Counted from the first letter of the stretch, positions 11,286 to 25,340 are shown. The stretch: 64,000 bases of DNA from Gekko japonicus (GCF_001447785.1 NW_015174272.1:2075071-2139070), one strand, 5' to 3'. The notes: generated by a model from the sequence alone, not told the origin. A program made the numbers and translations.

Positions 11286-14200
11286 TGTGTGCATCTGTGT
11301 GTATCTTAACTGCCATCAAGATGCTTCTGATTTATGGTGACCCTATGCATTAATGTCCTCCAAAACGTCCGATCATTAACAGCTTTGTTCAAGTCTTGAA
11401 AACTAAGGGTTCTGCCTTCCTTTATTGAGTCAATCCATCTCATGTTGGTTCTTGCTGTTTTCCTGCTGCCTTCAACTTTTCCTAGCATTATTGTCTTTTC
11501 CAGTGACTCTTGTCTTTTCATAATGTGACCAAAGTACGATAGCCTCAATCTAGTCATTTTAGCTTCTAGGGAGAGTTCAGGCTTGATTTGGTCGAGAACC
11601 CACTTATTTGTCTTTTTGGCGGTTCACAGTATCCATAAAACTCTCCTCCAACACCACATTTCAAACGAATCTACTTTCTTCCTTTCAGCTTTCTTCATTG
11701 TCCAACTTTCAAATCCATGTATAGTAATGGGAAATACCATGACATGAAATAATTTGATCTTGGTCGCCAGCAACACATCCTCACAATTAAGCATCTTTTC
11801 TGGCTGAGTTCTTGTGTGCAGTCTCCCTTTTGATTGATGACTGAGCCAAGGAATAGAAAATCTTGAACAATTTCAATTTCTTCATTGCCAACTTTAGAGT
11901 TGTGTAATTTCCCAGTATTCATTACTTTTGTCTTGATGTTCAGCTGTAATTCTGCTTTGGCACTTTCTGCTTTAACCTTCACCAGTAGTCATTTCAAGTC
12001 TTCACTGCTTTCTTCCAGTAATGTGGTGTTATTTGCTTAGTATTCCTTCCACGAATTTTCATTCTACCTTCATCTAAATCTACCTTTCCTTACGATATGT
12101 TCTGCATACAGATAGAATAGATAGGGACATAAAATACATCCTTGTCTGACACCTTTGCCAACTGGAAACCATTCTGTTTCTCCATATTCTGTCCTAATAA
12201 AAGCCTCTTGTCCAGAGTACAGGTTGCACATCAAAGCAATCAGATGTGGTGGCACACCCATTTATTTTAAAGCCAACCATAGCTTTTCCTTATCCACCCA
12301 GTCAAAAGCTTTGCTGTAATCTAGGGAACACAAGCTGAATTTCTTCTGAAATTGTCTTGTAGTCTCCAGTAACCAATGTAAATTTGCAATATGATCTCTA
12401 GTGCCTCTTCCTTTTCTGAATCCAGCTTGACATCTGGCATTTCTCATACCATATACAGTAACAATCTTTGCCATAAGATTTTGAGCATCGCTTTACTTGA
12501 GTGAGAAATGAATGCTTCCAGACTGTGGGCCATTATTTTGTTTTCCTTATTTGCTGGCACAATCTTGTTATGATTTTGATGGATCCCATTTCTGTGGCTT
12601 GGAATAGCTCTATTGATATCCCATCTACTCTTGGGGATTTGTTTCCCCCAATTGCTCTCATTGGAACTTTCACTTCTCTTTCTGAAACGGTAAGATCTTC
12701 TTCAAAAGATTCTTCAACCTTTTATCTCTTGTTCTTCAGAGTATTGCTCCATCTTTTATTTATTTTGTCCTGTTCAGTTAATGTATTTCCATGCTGATCT
12801 TTCAGTGTGCCTAACTGTGCTTTAAATTTCCCTTTGATTTCTTGGATCTTGTGTAACAGATATCTTATTCTTCCTTTTTGTTGTTGTTGTTCTTCTATCT
12901 CTTTACACTAATTATTATAATAGTTCTTTTTGTCTCTATAGTCCAGATTCTATCACCTTCTGTTTTTCATCTATCATTCGCAGTTTTAAGAATTTTATCA
13001 GTCATCCATCAAGGCTTTTCTTTTCTTTTGGCTACAGGGATAGTCTCTGTGCATTCTTCCTTGATAATACCTCTGAGTTCTGGTTCACATTCACTTAAAC
13101 TTAATAATGCAAAGCTGTTCTTTATATGGTCTCTAAACTCTTCAGGAATGTTGTTTAGACAGTATTTTGGCACTGTGAATGTTTTGGTGCTTTTCTTCAG
13201 CTTTTATTCTAATTTTATATATTAACACTTCATGGTCGGTACCAAAATCAACTCCTGGTCTTGTTTTAGCAGACAGAAAAGAGCTTCTCCATCTTCTGCT
13301 TCTGATTATGTTACGTGTTTGGTTTCTATATTGGCCATCGGGTAATGTCCATCTATACAATTGTCTATTTGGTTGCCTGAAACGTGTGTTTGCAATGAAC
13401 AAATTGTTGTCTTCACAGAATTCTATGAGTTGCTCTCCTGCTTCATTTCATGCTCCTAGTCCAAATCTTCCAATAATATTTGGTTCTGCTTTGTTTCCTC
13501 CTTTGTCGTTCCAGTCACCTATGATTATCAGCACATCTTGTTTAGGTGTGCTATTAATTCCTCCCTGGACACTGGCATAAAAGCTTTCAATTTCTTCCTC
13601 ATCATCATCTGTGGCTGGGGTTATATTGATAGGCTTTCAATGAAGTCTGACTGATATTTAGTCAGACTTGCATCCCACCTCACTATTAGTACAATTCTGT
13701 TTCGTCTGTGTTTGTCTTTCTCCAAGTAAAACACTTTTTAATTTTCTGACAGAAAATGTCCTAGTCCCATCCAGTTCACTCAGTCCCAGGATTGCAATGT
13801 TTAAATGTTCCATTTCTCATTTTATGATTGTGAGCTTCCCTTGATTCATACTTCTCACATTCTATGTTCCTATTATGTGTGTTGAACAGCTTTGGACTTT
13901 CCTTTTGCATCCATTCACATCAACAACTGAACATCCTTTCATCTTTGGTCTAGTTGTGTCATTAAGAATAGCACCACTCATACTTGTCCAAAGCTCTTCC
14001 CCAGTAGCTGATTGAGTGCTATCTGACCTGGAGGTTTAATCTTCCAGCACGATACCTTTTTCATTTTGGATCATCTAAACATAGGGTTTTCAAGGCAAGA
14101 GCTGGTCAGAAGTGGTTTACCAATGCCTTCTTCTGCACAGTACTAACTAGGGTTAGCTGAAGTGACTCTGCCACAGTCTACGAAACATCCTCTGCCAGTA

Positions 14201-14440
14201 TCACCTTCCACTATGCTACTACCCAGTAGCTATCCCTCAAGGATTCTTCTGCCCCCATCACCAATTGAACTATCTATTCTCTTCTGCTAATGTGGCCATT
14301 GGCCCTTAGGGGAGTGGATACATCTTAGTCTGGTGTCTGAGCTAAGACAATTCCACCCTGAATGACTCTGCTAGGAGTTTATACCCTTTACAGTGTTGCT
14401 GTCAGCTTCAATGGCACACGGAACCCCCCTCACCATGTTA
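11286..14440 (-). mobile_element. Near full-length decayed RTE-clade LINE
   Basis: APE endonuclease fragments (FIANTRF..YRWT..), RT fragments (QAGFRKGRGTRDHIAN, DYSKAFD, GVRQGCIL), C-terminal YFGHIM..SLEKTIMLG; (TG)-rich tail near 11286. Confidence 0.93.
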
Positions 14441-15530
14441 GATATCTCTATACTAATGTATACTAATCCCCAAAGTGTGGGGTATGAGCAGGAGGATGTT
14501 GAATTTCTAATCCAGACAGAGGGATATGATTTAATAGCCATTACGGAGACCTGGTAGGATATTCTCATGACTGGAGTCTGGCAATGGAGGGATATGAGTT
14601 GTCTAAAAAGAACCTCAGGAGTTGGACAAGAGAAAGTACGGCTTTGTGTTAGAAAAGGGTATGTTTGTCAGGAAATATTGGATGATAGATGTGATGCCCC
14701 TGAGGAAAGTGTCTTGGTGAGAATAAGGAATGGATGTACCAATGGCATTGTGGTTGCAGTTTGTTACAGACTGCCTGATCAGGAAGAAGAGGAGGATGCT
14801 CTCCCCCTTGGGAAAACTGCCCAATGTGTCCAAACAATATGATCTAGTGGCTAAGGGTAATTTCAATTTCCCTGATGTACGTTGAAAGACCTATTGGGCC
14901 AAGCACCCAGGGTAATGTAATTTCTGAAAATGTTTGATGGATAACTTCCTCTTTCAAAAGATAGAACAGGTGGCTTGGGCATCAGCTATTTTAGATTTGA
15001 TTTTAACTAATAGGGAAGAGCTGGTAGATGTGGTGACAGGGTGGGCATGTTAGGCAGAAATGATCATATGTTAGAATTCTCTCTCTTATGAGATAGTAAG
15101 AGTATTTGTAGTCAGACATGTTGGATTTTAGTAGGGCTGATTTTAGTAAATTTAGGGATGTTGGGAAAGATTCCATGGGAAATAATGTTGTAAGGAAAAG
15201 TAGCAAGTGAAGGATGTTTTTTTTAAAAAACGTGAGTTGTTAGGGGCTCCCGCTGTTCAAACAAGATAGAAACATGTTAGGGAGACCAAAGTTCCCTAAT
15301 GAGCTACTCTTTTAAAGTAATCGAAGAGCTGTCATTTCAAGGAGGGTAGAGCTCTATTTCATTTGGTAGTAGAGGATAAAACTCGTAATAATGAGTTTAA
15401 ATTATGGGTAGGGATATATCAGCAGGATATTAATAAAACCTTTTTAACAATAAGGGCAATTTTGTGGTGGAATCAGTTGCCTGGGGATGCTGTGAGTTCT
15501 CCCTCCTTGGAGGTGTTTATGTGGAGATTG
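14441..15530 (+). mobile_element. CR1 ORF2 endonuclease region joined to the CR1 3' end (internally deleted)
   Basis: YLYTN..YDLIAITETW and VVAVCYRLPDQEEE motifs; CR1 3' end sequence at 15320-15520. Confidence 0.8.
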
Positions 15531-15796
15531 GAGTGAGCTCCCGTCTCTGGGCCCAGCTCCTGCCAACCTAGCAGTTTGAAAGCAAGAAATTGCAAGTAGA
15601 TAAATAGGTACCGCTTTGGTGGGAAGGTAACAGCGTTCCATGCACCTCAGTGTTTAGTCATGCTGGCCACATGACCACGGGGAAGTCTTCAGACAACGCT
15701 GGCTCTTCGGCTTGGAAACGGAGATGAGCACCACCCCCTAGAGTCGGATTCAACTGGCTTTTGAGCAAGGGAAACCTTTACCTTACCTTTACCTTT
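15530..15796 (+). mobile_element. Sauria SINE (5'-truncated)
   Basis: Typical body (CTGCCAACCTAGCAG..GATAAATAGGTAC..GAGATGAGCACC) and (ACCTTT)n tail. Confidence 0.9.
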
Positions 15797-16459
15797 AATG
15801 TAAAATTAAGTAACATAAGTCTTTGTTACCTTTGAGAGGCTTCATGTCATGTCAGTATCACTCAGAACTCTTGGCAAGAAAACTAGTGGATAGCTCATTG
15901 AAAGTGTCAAAGCATTCATAGTTTTTTCTTTCTTGTAAGCAAGGTGGCTCATTCTTCACCAAGATGAATGCAACAGAGCCAATTTTGCAGCAAAACCCTG
16001 AAACACAGCTTGTGCTAGCAGAACTTTCCAGGAAAACCTATCTTGAAAGTGAGCACTAGGCTGCAACAAATACCAGCCAAGGACATAGTTTCTTTGGCTA
16101 ACCAGGCCTCCTTGTTTTTTTTCTATAAAAGAACTAAAAAAAACAAGCTTACTAAAAATAATTGTGAAAAATGAAAGCATGTGCAGAGACTCATACATAT
16201 CACACCTCGCAGTCTGAATGTCACTTGGCAGAGAAAATCATTATATAACAGATGCTGTATTCCTGGCACCCGTTTCCTGTATTTTGAAGTGCTCTGCTTC
16301 CCAGATATCAAAGAAAGGGCAGCTGCTCTTGCTTACCACACAGCCATATTATCAATTACAGAAATACAAGATGGGGAGCGTTGAAGTATTCAAGTACAGG
16401 ACTATAGCCCTTCCTACTCCAGGAATGTGCTGTTTGACCATAACATTAGCTGCTGCTGC

Positions 16460-16460
<1 letters not shown>

Positions 16461-16523
<63 letters not shown>
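16461..16523. repeat. (ATT)21 microsatellite
   Basis: Perfect trinucleotide run at the tail of the adjacent L2. Confidence 0.97.
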
Positions 16524-17220
16524 TTCAACTTATTAGGCTGTCCTTCCCTGCAGTAGGGCTCAGGGTGGCTTAAATAAAAACCAACACAATAATAATCCAT
16601 TAAATGACATTGAATACTACTAAAAACAATATATTAATCAAACAGTACATTACATTGTCTAAGATAACAAGAAATTTCTGTTCCCACCAGCCCCCTGGAT
16701 AAATGGGGTATGAAGGAGTGAGCAGGAGGGTATGAGAGTGCCAACCATTGCTGTTCTTAACCAAATGCTTGGCAGAACATCTCTTAATACATCCTGTAGG
16801 GCATGGATATTCTCAGGCAGAGAATTCCACCAGGCAGGGGCCAGGGCTGAAAAGGCCCCAGCCCTAGTCAAGGACAGCCGGACCTCTCTCAGTCCGGGGA
16901 CCACAAGAAGGTTCTTATTGCTAGAGTGTAATGTTCTCCCAGGGACATATTGAGAGAGGCGGTCCCAACCACTCAGAGCCTTAAAGATCAACACTAAGAC
17001 CTTGAACTGGATCCAGAGCAGCACAGGCGGAATAGGTGCTGGCTGAGGAACCCTGCATTCCAGCAGGCACCTCGAAGAAACTGCCCCTCCCAGCACCACC
17101 CTCTGTCCCCAACTGTGGAGAAATTAGGTAAACCATTACAAGGCCACCCCATGGATTCCCATGTCTGTGAGGCGGTGAGTCAGTAGAGGGTGGTCGACTG
17201 TGTCAAATGCTGCTGTAAGT
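16524..17220 (-). mobile_element. L2-clade LINE 3' fragment
   Basis: IQFKVLVLIFKAL..AFSALAPAWWNSLP; AAFDTVDH motif near 17200. Confidence 0.85.
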
Positions 17221-18063
17221 TAAACTAAACCAACCTACAAGGAGGATTCTGAAATGTGTACATCTTGTGCTGGAAAAGACGGCCTAATCTGTTTTATCTT
17301 GCTTGAGAAATATATTTGTGCTGCTGTTCACAACTCACAAAACACACTCCCCCCCCCCAATAAAGATACGAATGTGTGTAGGAGAAAAACAGCATAGGAC
17401 TCAGCCTTTCAACTACAAGCAGTAATGAGAAACAGAGCCTGCCTCTGCTTTATGGGCAAGTTGGCTCTGCAAGGCTTCCATTTGGCAGCAAAAGGGTACT
17501 CTGGCTCTGCTGCCCCCCAAAAGCAAGCAGGAAGTAGGCTGGCAAAAACCTTGTTATTTGTCATCACATCCACCAAACACACTCCTTGGGGTGGATCCAG
17601 TGCTTCTATGGATGCAAAGACTTCCACCCGCAGCACACAACTATTCTGGGTCCCCCCGTCCCCCAGCAGCCCAAACTGTCATTCAAAATCCTACTCCTGG
17701 GAGAGAGAGGACACTCAGACACAGGATTTCAAGGAATATTTTGGTCTGCCACGGGCAAGAGAGGGGAACTGAGAAATGTTGTGCTGTGCAGGTACAAGCC
17801 CTTGCACCCACAGAAGCCCTGCACTGGATCCAACCCCCTGATTTGCTTATTTTGCCAAACCACTAGAAGGATCAACAGGAGAATGTTCCCAGTATTGTTT
17901 AGTTCCAGCATTACTTCATCTGTAGGATAAACAGCAATTTAAAAGCATCAGCATGCCTTTTACACACGTAAACATGTATCTTTTTTATTGTCCTGGCAAT
18001 GCATTTGATCCTCATTTGATAGATGGTAAGAACATGACCATCTTCTCTGAAGTGCAGCCTCAG

Positions 18064-18305
18064 TGTCACCGTACTCACTCACGTGACTAACTTTCACTTT
18101 AAAAAAAATCCCATTTGTATATACACACATAACGTTTCAGTTCACAACCCATGTTTACCATGTGGTAACTGCAATGAGCCCAAGACCTGTCACCGTACTC
18201 ACTCATGTGACTAACTTTCACTTTTTTAAAAATCCCATTTGTATATACACACATTTCAGTTCACAACCCATGTTGACCATGTGGTAACTGCAATGAGCCC
18301 AAGAC
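18064..18305. repeat. Tandem duplication, 2 x ~120 bp
   Basis: 18064-18186 and 18188-18305 are near-identical. Confidence 0.92.
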
Positions 18306-18489
18306 AGCTGGTCACCAGCAGATGATGTCACACAACTGAGACATCACATAAAGCAGCACCTATTAATGGAAACAAACAACAAAGGTCACCTCTATAGAGC
18401 CTGAAAGCTTGACTCTAAGACAAACAGACGTCAGCCTAAGAAAAAGATGAAAGACATTCCATGACCCATGGAAAGTGAAAACAATAGAA

Positions 18490-19655
18490 GGACGGGTTCT
18501 CTTATGGATTAAAAACTGGCTAGATGACAGGAAGCAAAGAGTAGGAATCAATGGACAGTTTGCACAATGGGAAGAAGTAAGCAGTGGGGTCCTACAAACA
18601 TTTGTATTGGGGCATGTACTATTTAATTTATTCATCAGTGATCTGGAACTAAGGGTGAGTAGTGTAATGGCCAGGTTTGCAGATGACACAAAAGTATTCA
18701 GGATGGTGAAAACCAAGGATGGCTGTGAAGAGCTCCAAGAGGGCCTCCACAAACTGTTTGAATGGGCGACAATGTGGCCAATTAAGTTCCATGTTGGTAA
18801 GTGTAAAATGATGCACACTGGGACAAAAAAATCCCAGTTTCAAGTATAGGTGTCTGAACTTGCTGAGACAGAGGGGGGAAAGATCTTGGGGTCCTAGTGG
18901 ATAGCTCAAAGTGTCAACCCAGTGTGCTGAAGCAGTGAAAAAGGCAAACTCTATGTTAGAGATTATTAGGAAAGGGACTAAGAATAAAACAGATGATACT
19001 GAAATGCCCCTGTATAATCTATGGTGCGGCCTCATTTGGAAAACTCTGTACAGTTCTGATCACTGTATCTCCAAAAGGACACTGCAGCGGTGGAAAAACT
19101 ACAGAGGAGGGCAACCAAGATGATTAGGGGATTGGAGCACCTTCCCTATGAGGAAAGGTTGAAGAGTCTGGGACTTCAGAGACTACTAAGAGGGAGACAT
19201 AGAGGTTTATAAAATTATGAATAGGGTGGCGAGAGCTGACAAAGAATTTTTTTCTCCCTCTCCAAAAATACTAGAACTTGAGGGCATCCAATGAAACTGA
19301 TGGGCAGTAGGTTCAGGACAGATAAAAGGAAATACTTATTTATAAAGAGAGTTATTAAAATGTGGGATTTGCTGCCAGGGGATGTAGTGATGGCCACAAG
19401 AATAAACAGCTTTAAAAGGGGATTCGATAGATTCATGGAGGATATGTCTATCAATGGCTATTAGCCACAATGACTAAAGGGAACCTCCATGTTCAGAATT
19501 GATCTTTGAATCCCAGTGCCAGAAGGCAACATCAGGGGAAGGCCTCTTTGCCCTGTTGTTGGCCCTCCAGAGGAACTGGTTGGCCACTGTGTGAGACAAA
19601 ATGCTGGACTAGATGGACCACTGGTCTGATCCAGCAGGGCTCTTCTTTTGTTCTT
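18490..19655 (+). mobile_element. CR1 LINE 3' fragment with 3'UTR
   Basis: WIKNWL..RKQRVGING, RFADDTK, KKANSML; 3'UTR ending GATCCAGCAGGGCTCTTCTT..TTCTTA. Confidence 0.92.
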
Positions 19656-22164
19656 AAGAGAGAGAAAAAACCCAAAACAAATACAGCTGGAACAAGATTC
19701 ATTATTTCTGGAAAAGTAAATAATCTCCAAGCAGAAAAATATTATTCATCCACACACGAACAAGCCCGTTCTTGAAAACCAGCACCATTCATTAGGTCCC
19801 CCCACACCACATTAACATCAAAGCCAAAGTCATAGGTCATGCGCTATTTTAAACAGAACTTAAAATAGAAGCTCTTTTTAAAAACTCACAAAGTTGACTG
19901 GAATGATTTTATTTTATAGTACTTAATGAAAGCATGAAGAGATTTTTATGGACTTTGTATGAACAAAGCATTTATGCTCTCGGGCACCCAACCCAGAAAC
20001 CAGAAGTTATTTTTCTTAGTCTTTTAGTATTTCTGCAGTGTTAACAAATTCTTTACACTGTGTCAAGCCGATTACCCTCCATGAATGAGTATGCCTTATT
20101 CATTTATTTCTCTATGAACAACATACAACTTTAAGATTTCAAAAGAGGGGAGTGGTCTTCAACCATTCCAGACCCAGGGCATACTTGTACCACCCAAGCT
20201 GCACCACAGAACCCACTCAGCTGCAATCATGTCATGTGACAAGAAATCACATGGCATTAGAGTCATTTGACAGATAAAGAGCCAGTGTTATGATTTTATT
20301 GGTAGGGATCAATTCTGCAATGCAAGTGCATGTGAAACACTGGAGGACTGAATAGAAGAATGGGGGATGGCCTGGCAAGCCAGTGGAAGACAAGATAGAA
20401 GGCACAGGGACCTGGGCAGGAGTGCCATCAGAGACATCACTTTCAAGAACAACCCAGAATTGATGTCAGTCCTCTCTAGGAATTGCTGAAAACTCTATAA
20501 TAAAACTACAGATTTCCGACAACTCTTAGAGAGGAGTCACTTTGGGGTTTCCCCTGGAAGTGACATCTGCCAATGGGAACTGGGAGCAGGGGATCCCCTG
20601 CTTCCACCTTGGGATTAAGACTAAAGTGGAGAATCCAGTCCAAAGATGGATAAACATGTAATGAACAGACTGGCATACAAGACGCTAAATATATTCAAAC
20701 ATTATACCAATTATGTTATTGATCTCAAGTCAATAACATTACTGTGACAATGAATACAGTTGATGAAAATACATGAAATTATTGTGATTATTGAAATATA
20801 TGAAGTTATTGTGATTGTTGACGAGAACCTCCGGACTGAGTTCCGTTTCGTCTCTTCGTCCGAACAAACCTTCAATAAGGGTTTCAAACAGTCCTACACA
20901 AACTAAATATTTGTACACTTTTGACAGCTAAATTTGAAATTATGTAGCCTCACAAAAGTGACAAAACCAGTTCTGTAGCTATAAAGCGCATCACACACCT
21001 CTATACCACTTCAGCCCTGCAACACAGTACTACTGAAGCCTGCATGCATAATTAGGAGTAAAAGTGAATAAATAACAGGTTTCCAAGCAATTTTTACACC
21101 ATCATCATCATCCCAAAATCCCAAAGAATCCCTTTCATGCCAAAACATACGAATATCTAAATAAAAGCAAAGTATACATAAAATTGTAATCCAATTCCCA
21201 TATGATACTACTTAAAGATGTCACCATTTGCTCCTCCTACCAAAAAAACAAAGAACAAAAACGCACACACAGAAAACAATGCACACCAACAGGATATGTC
21301 ACAAACTGAGCCCACCCACAGGCTGGAAATGAGCAGCCTTATCTGGATTTTGATATGCAGAGAAATAGGAGGGCTTTTAGGAAAACAGAAATTATTTGAG
21401 CTCTTAAAAATAATGTTGTTTTACCTTCTGTAGTAGAATTCCTTTCTGAACAGCAACAAAAAACAGCTGAGTTTGGGTTGCTCTTCTGAAGCTGTCTCTC
21501 ACAGTGGCCCATCTTCTTCCCCCTCCTTCTCATTTTAAGTCATCATTTTTCTCTCCAGGATCTGTTGTCACAGGAATATCTAAACACAGACAGGACCAAT
21601 CTCTATGTGAAATGAGAAGTACTCATTAACAGCAACATGGCAAGACATGTTGCTGGTCTATATATTATTTTTAACAACTATGGGGGAAAAAAACCACATA
21701 GCCTTTTACACACCCATGAAATAATAATTCATTAACTGCTCTTCAGCAGCTACGGAGACATACCCTTGCTGTCCCAAAACAGATACTTGCATATGTTTTA
21801 CACTTGTAATTTACTTCAAACAGACAATTATAAGACAGCAAGAGGCCTTATTAAAAATCCAGTCCATTTTCATACCCTTGGGCAGGGCAAACAGAACATC
21901 ACAATAAATTGTTTAACATTTTAACACTGATGCCCCAACAGCAGCATCTCTGTGGCCCCACAAAATACCTAGTTCCATTGCCTAACAACTTGGAGCAAGA
22001 ACATGATAAGCAGGGTACATTCTGAGGCTAGTCTCAGATTTATATATCTCCTACTCTGAATGGCAATAGAAAACAGGGGAAAGTGAAGCAACACATCCTC
22101 CTCTAAGGTTATTATTCTTGTACTGCTCGTGCTGTTATTTAATAAAATGAAACTCTTTTTACAA

Positions 22165-22314
22165 TAGATTCAGATGGGTAGCTGTGTTGGTCTGAAGTAA
22201 CAGAACAAAGTTTGAGTCCAGTGACATCTTTAAGAAAAACAAAGTTTAAATCCATTTATAATCAGAATTAAACTTTGTCGTCTTAAAGGTGCTACTGGGC
22301 TCAAACTTTGTTCT
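22165..22314. mobile_element. Penelope-like element remnant (inverted terminal segments)
   Basis: Imperfect palindrome at 22202-22314; same family as 28990-29100 and 40801-41010. Confidence 0.7.
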
Positions 22315-24685
22315 TTTTACAACAGACAACCATTTTCCTGAACCAAGAGGCATCTACAATAAGTTTTTTAAAGCAACCATTCACTACTTTCCATCTCAAA
22401 GAAAAGCATAACTTCATACGGAACACCACTGGATTCATTTTTAAGCAGAAACGGTGCAGAATTAAGCCCTTCTAAATCCATTGAAGTCAGTGGGCTTAGA
22501 AGGGCTTAACAATGGTCAGGATTGACTAGCTACAGAGCAGCAGAGAATGAAACTGGGTGAAGACCACCTGTGCCTGGAAAGCAGCAGCAGCTATCTGCAC
22601 TACCATGTGAGAAGTGCTATCATTTAGCAATGTACAGAGAAGTTGTCTGAAGCATGGAGGGAAGGGACACAACCTACAAGCCCTACTGCAACCCCAAGCA
22701 CTGTGAGAGTGGCCCTTGGCACTTAGCCTTGAAACAAACTGGTGTCAATACAAAGATGCAGCCAGGAGAGGGTTTAAAGAGGCAGATAAGATGCAGGAAG
22801 ACAGCTGTTCCCCACCTGCCTCGCACAGGATGCTCTAGTAGCAGCACCACAGGAAGGAACTAGGTCAGCCTGCTACTTATTTTGAAGATCAGTTCAAATA
22901 AATGATTCCCACAACAAACTGATGCAGTCTAAGAAATAAGGCCACATGGTATTCTACATTAGGCATCTCTTACTCTTCCATTCTCATTTTTTCATACCAA
23001 TTATTAAACTCCTCCTGTGTATGGATCACAAGAGCTTTCAGCAAGACAAGCTATTGTTATGTAATAAGAACACAGGTTCAAAATTTTATGGTGTTGCAAA
23101 ATAACTTCAGATAAAAGTCAGTTTATACTGCATGAAAATAGCTCTAGATTAACACAATTTCTACATCTGTTCTAATCCTGGAAGCAAGATAGATCTGTCG
23201 AAAATTATAATTCCAAATATGTCATGGGATGCAAAGAAACTGTACCTCAAGCACACATAGATTAATTACACATTAATGCACTGTGAGACTGAGATCACAC
23301 TGTGTACTTTTAAGCCATGGGAGTGAAGAGCAGTCAGCACAGAACAAGTCCACCTATTCCTATCATACTGCATGATGAATGTACTCTCCAAATTAAAAGA
23401 TGCTCATTCAAAGGATGAATCACAACTCTTTGAAAATTAGAGCTTCACCTCTGCAGCATTTAGATGAGATAAAACAACAGGCCCTCGAACCATCTCGCTT
23501 ATTCCCCAAGCTTGTAACTTGTACAACCGAGTTCAGGCAACAAAAACCTGCTTCACTGCCACAAGCAACAAGAGCTCCCTGTGGTCTTCACTACTCTTGA
23601 TCTGTAGTAAGCACACTTCCATTAAGCATGAGAAGAATTCTACCGGGGATTACTAGCCTCACCTGTAGGAGATCTATCTTCCAGCCACAAAACAAGGATA
23701 TACCATAAGATCCTTCACAAAAAGTTCCTGTTCTGCTGAAGCAGAGCTCTGGTTAGTTCCTCTCAACTTTTGCTGACCCACTCCTCTCAGGCTTTCTCTA
23801 GAAGAGCGTAGTAAGATCAGCGCAGCAAGGGACTTGCAACATGCACATACCCCAGTCCAGCAGCAACCTCAAGTTCACTTCCATCAGTTTCACACACACT
23901 GCTCCTCAGACAACCTCCACAGCATGATGCCTTCTACCTGCCAATAACCCCACAACCACCCTATTACATTTTGCTCTACTGCTTATCTGGTTCTTCCAGG
24001 GTGGCATCTCAGTTTGCCTGTCTTCTGTCATCCTTGAAGTCTCCAATCTTATGCCTGTGTTCTCAGCCCAAATTCCCATGCCTCCCATATAAGCTATTCA
24101 CTGAACGGATACAGGTTTAGGGCACCTAGAGTACTTTATCTATCCGTTTTATCATTTAGGCTGCTTATATGTTGCCTTTCCAGTTCAAGAACTGCCCAAA
24201 CAACTTCAACTTGTACAGTATAATTAGAACTGTAAAATCGTAAAAGCAAAAAATTAAAAACTAACATTCCAATAAAGCCACAATTTAAAATCAGGGTAGG
24301 AATTAGTTTTAAAAGACCCTACCAAAAAGATCATCTTCAGAAGGCCTGTAAATGTGGTACAATGTTTGAGGTTGACAGTTTCACAGATATGAAGTGGCTA
24401 CTGAGAACATGTTCCTCTGGCAACATGGATTCCAGCAGCAGAGCCTCCCCAGAGAGGCAGGCAGACACATATGGGTGGAAGCAGTCCCTCAGGCACCCTA
24501 TACCAGCTACTGCTGGGGCAGGGACAGACAGCAAAGGAAGGCTGTTCCTTCATGCCTTTTGGGGCTTTCTGGCTAGCCACTGTAGGAAGTAACATACTGG
24601 ACTAAATGGACATTTGGCCTACTCCAGCAGGACTCTTCTGTTCTTAAGTAATCATCTTTTCCTTCCAAGTAGTTCCCTTTTGTAG

Positions 24686-24975
24686 TAGAGCCAGTTTGGT
24701 GTAGTGGTTAAGTGCGCGGACTCTAATCTGGGAGAACTGGGTTTGATTCCCCACTCCTCCACTTGCACCTGGCTGGATGACCTTGGGCAAGCCATAGTTC
24801 TGATAAGAGCTGCTCTTGAAAAAGAGCAGTTTCTGTCAAGAGCTCTCTGAGCCCCACCTACCTCACAGGGTGCCTGTTGTGGGGAGGGGAAGGGAAAGGA
24901 TTCTGTAAGCCGCTCTGAGACACCTTTGGGTAGTGAAGGGCGGGGTATAAATCCAATCTCTTCTTCTTCTTCTTT
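24686..24975 (+). mobile_element. Squam3-type tRNA-derived SINE
   Basis: A box TGGTGTAGTGG, B box GGTTTGATTCC, (CTT)n tail. Confidence 0.88.
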
Positions 24976-25062
24976 TTAATCCAGCCCAACAGCTCACAGA
25001 AAACAGCCCTCCACCACCTTTCAACTTCCCAACTTTTCCCCCTCACACACCACTCCCTGCCA

Positions 25063-25340
25063 AGAGGTCCAGTGTGGTGTGGTAGTTAACATCAGCCTTG
25101 AATCTGGGAGACCCAAGTTCAAATCTGTTGTCTGTCATGAAGCTTGCACACAGCCCAGTCCTATGCAGTTACTCCAGCCTAAGCCTGTTGGCTTTACACT
25201 GAAGTAACTGCACAGGACTGTGCTGTGAGTGAGTATTGGCCAGCCCACTTAACCAACCTCACCGAGAGGGCCAAATGGAGAAGGGGAGAGCCATGTGAGT
25301 CACCCTGAGCTACTTGCAGGAAGGGTGGGATAAAACCATA
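25063..25340 (+). mobile_element. Older Squam3-like SINE with an inserted palindromic MITE
   Basis: Degenerate A/B boxes; inverted repeat CACAGCCCAGTCCTATGCAGTTACT / AGTAACTGCACAGGACTGTGCTGTG at ~25149-25227. Confidence 0.55.

Noticed and set aside
16218-16600. Poly-Ile membrane-protein-like ORFs
   Set aside because: Translation of the (ATT)n microsatellite
20765-20880. Two ~27-bp repeats plus a CpG-rich patch resembling a minus-strand hammerhead (CGGACGAAGAGACGAAAC)
   Set aside because: The core is CGGACGA rather than CTGANGA and stem II cannot form; only two repeat units, so not CRISPR-like
24686-24760. tRNA gene
   Set aside because: tRNA-like head of a SINE with a SINE body and tail, and a second copy at 27970
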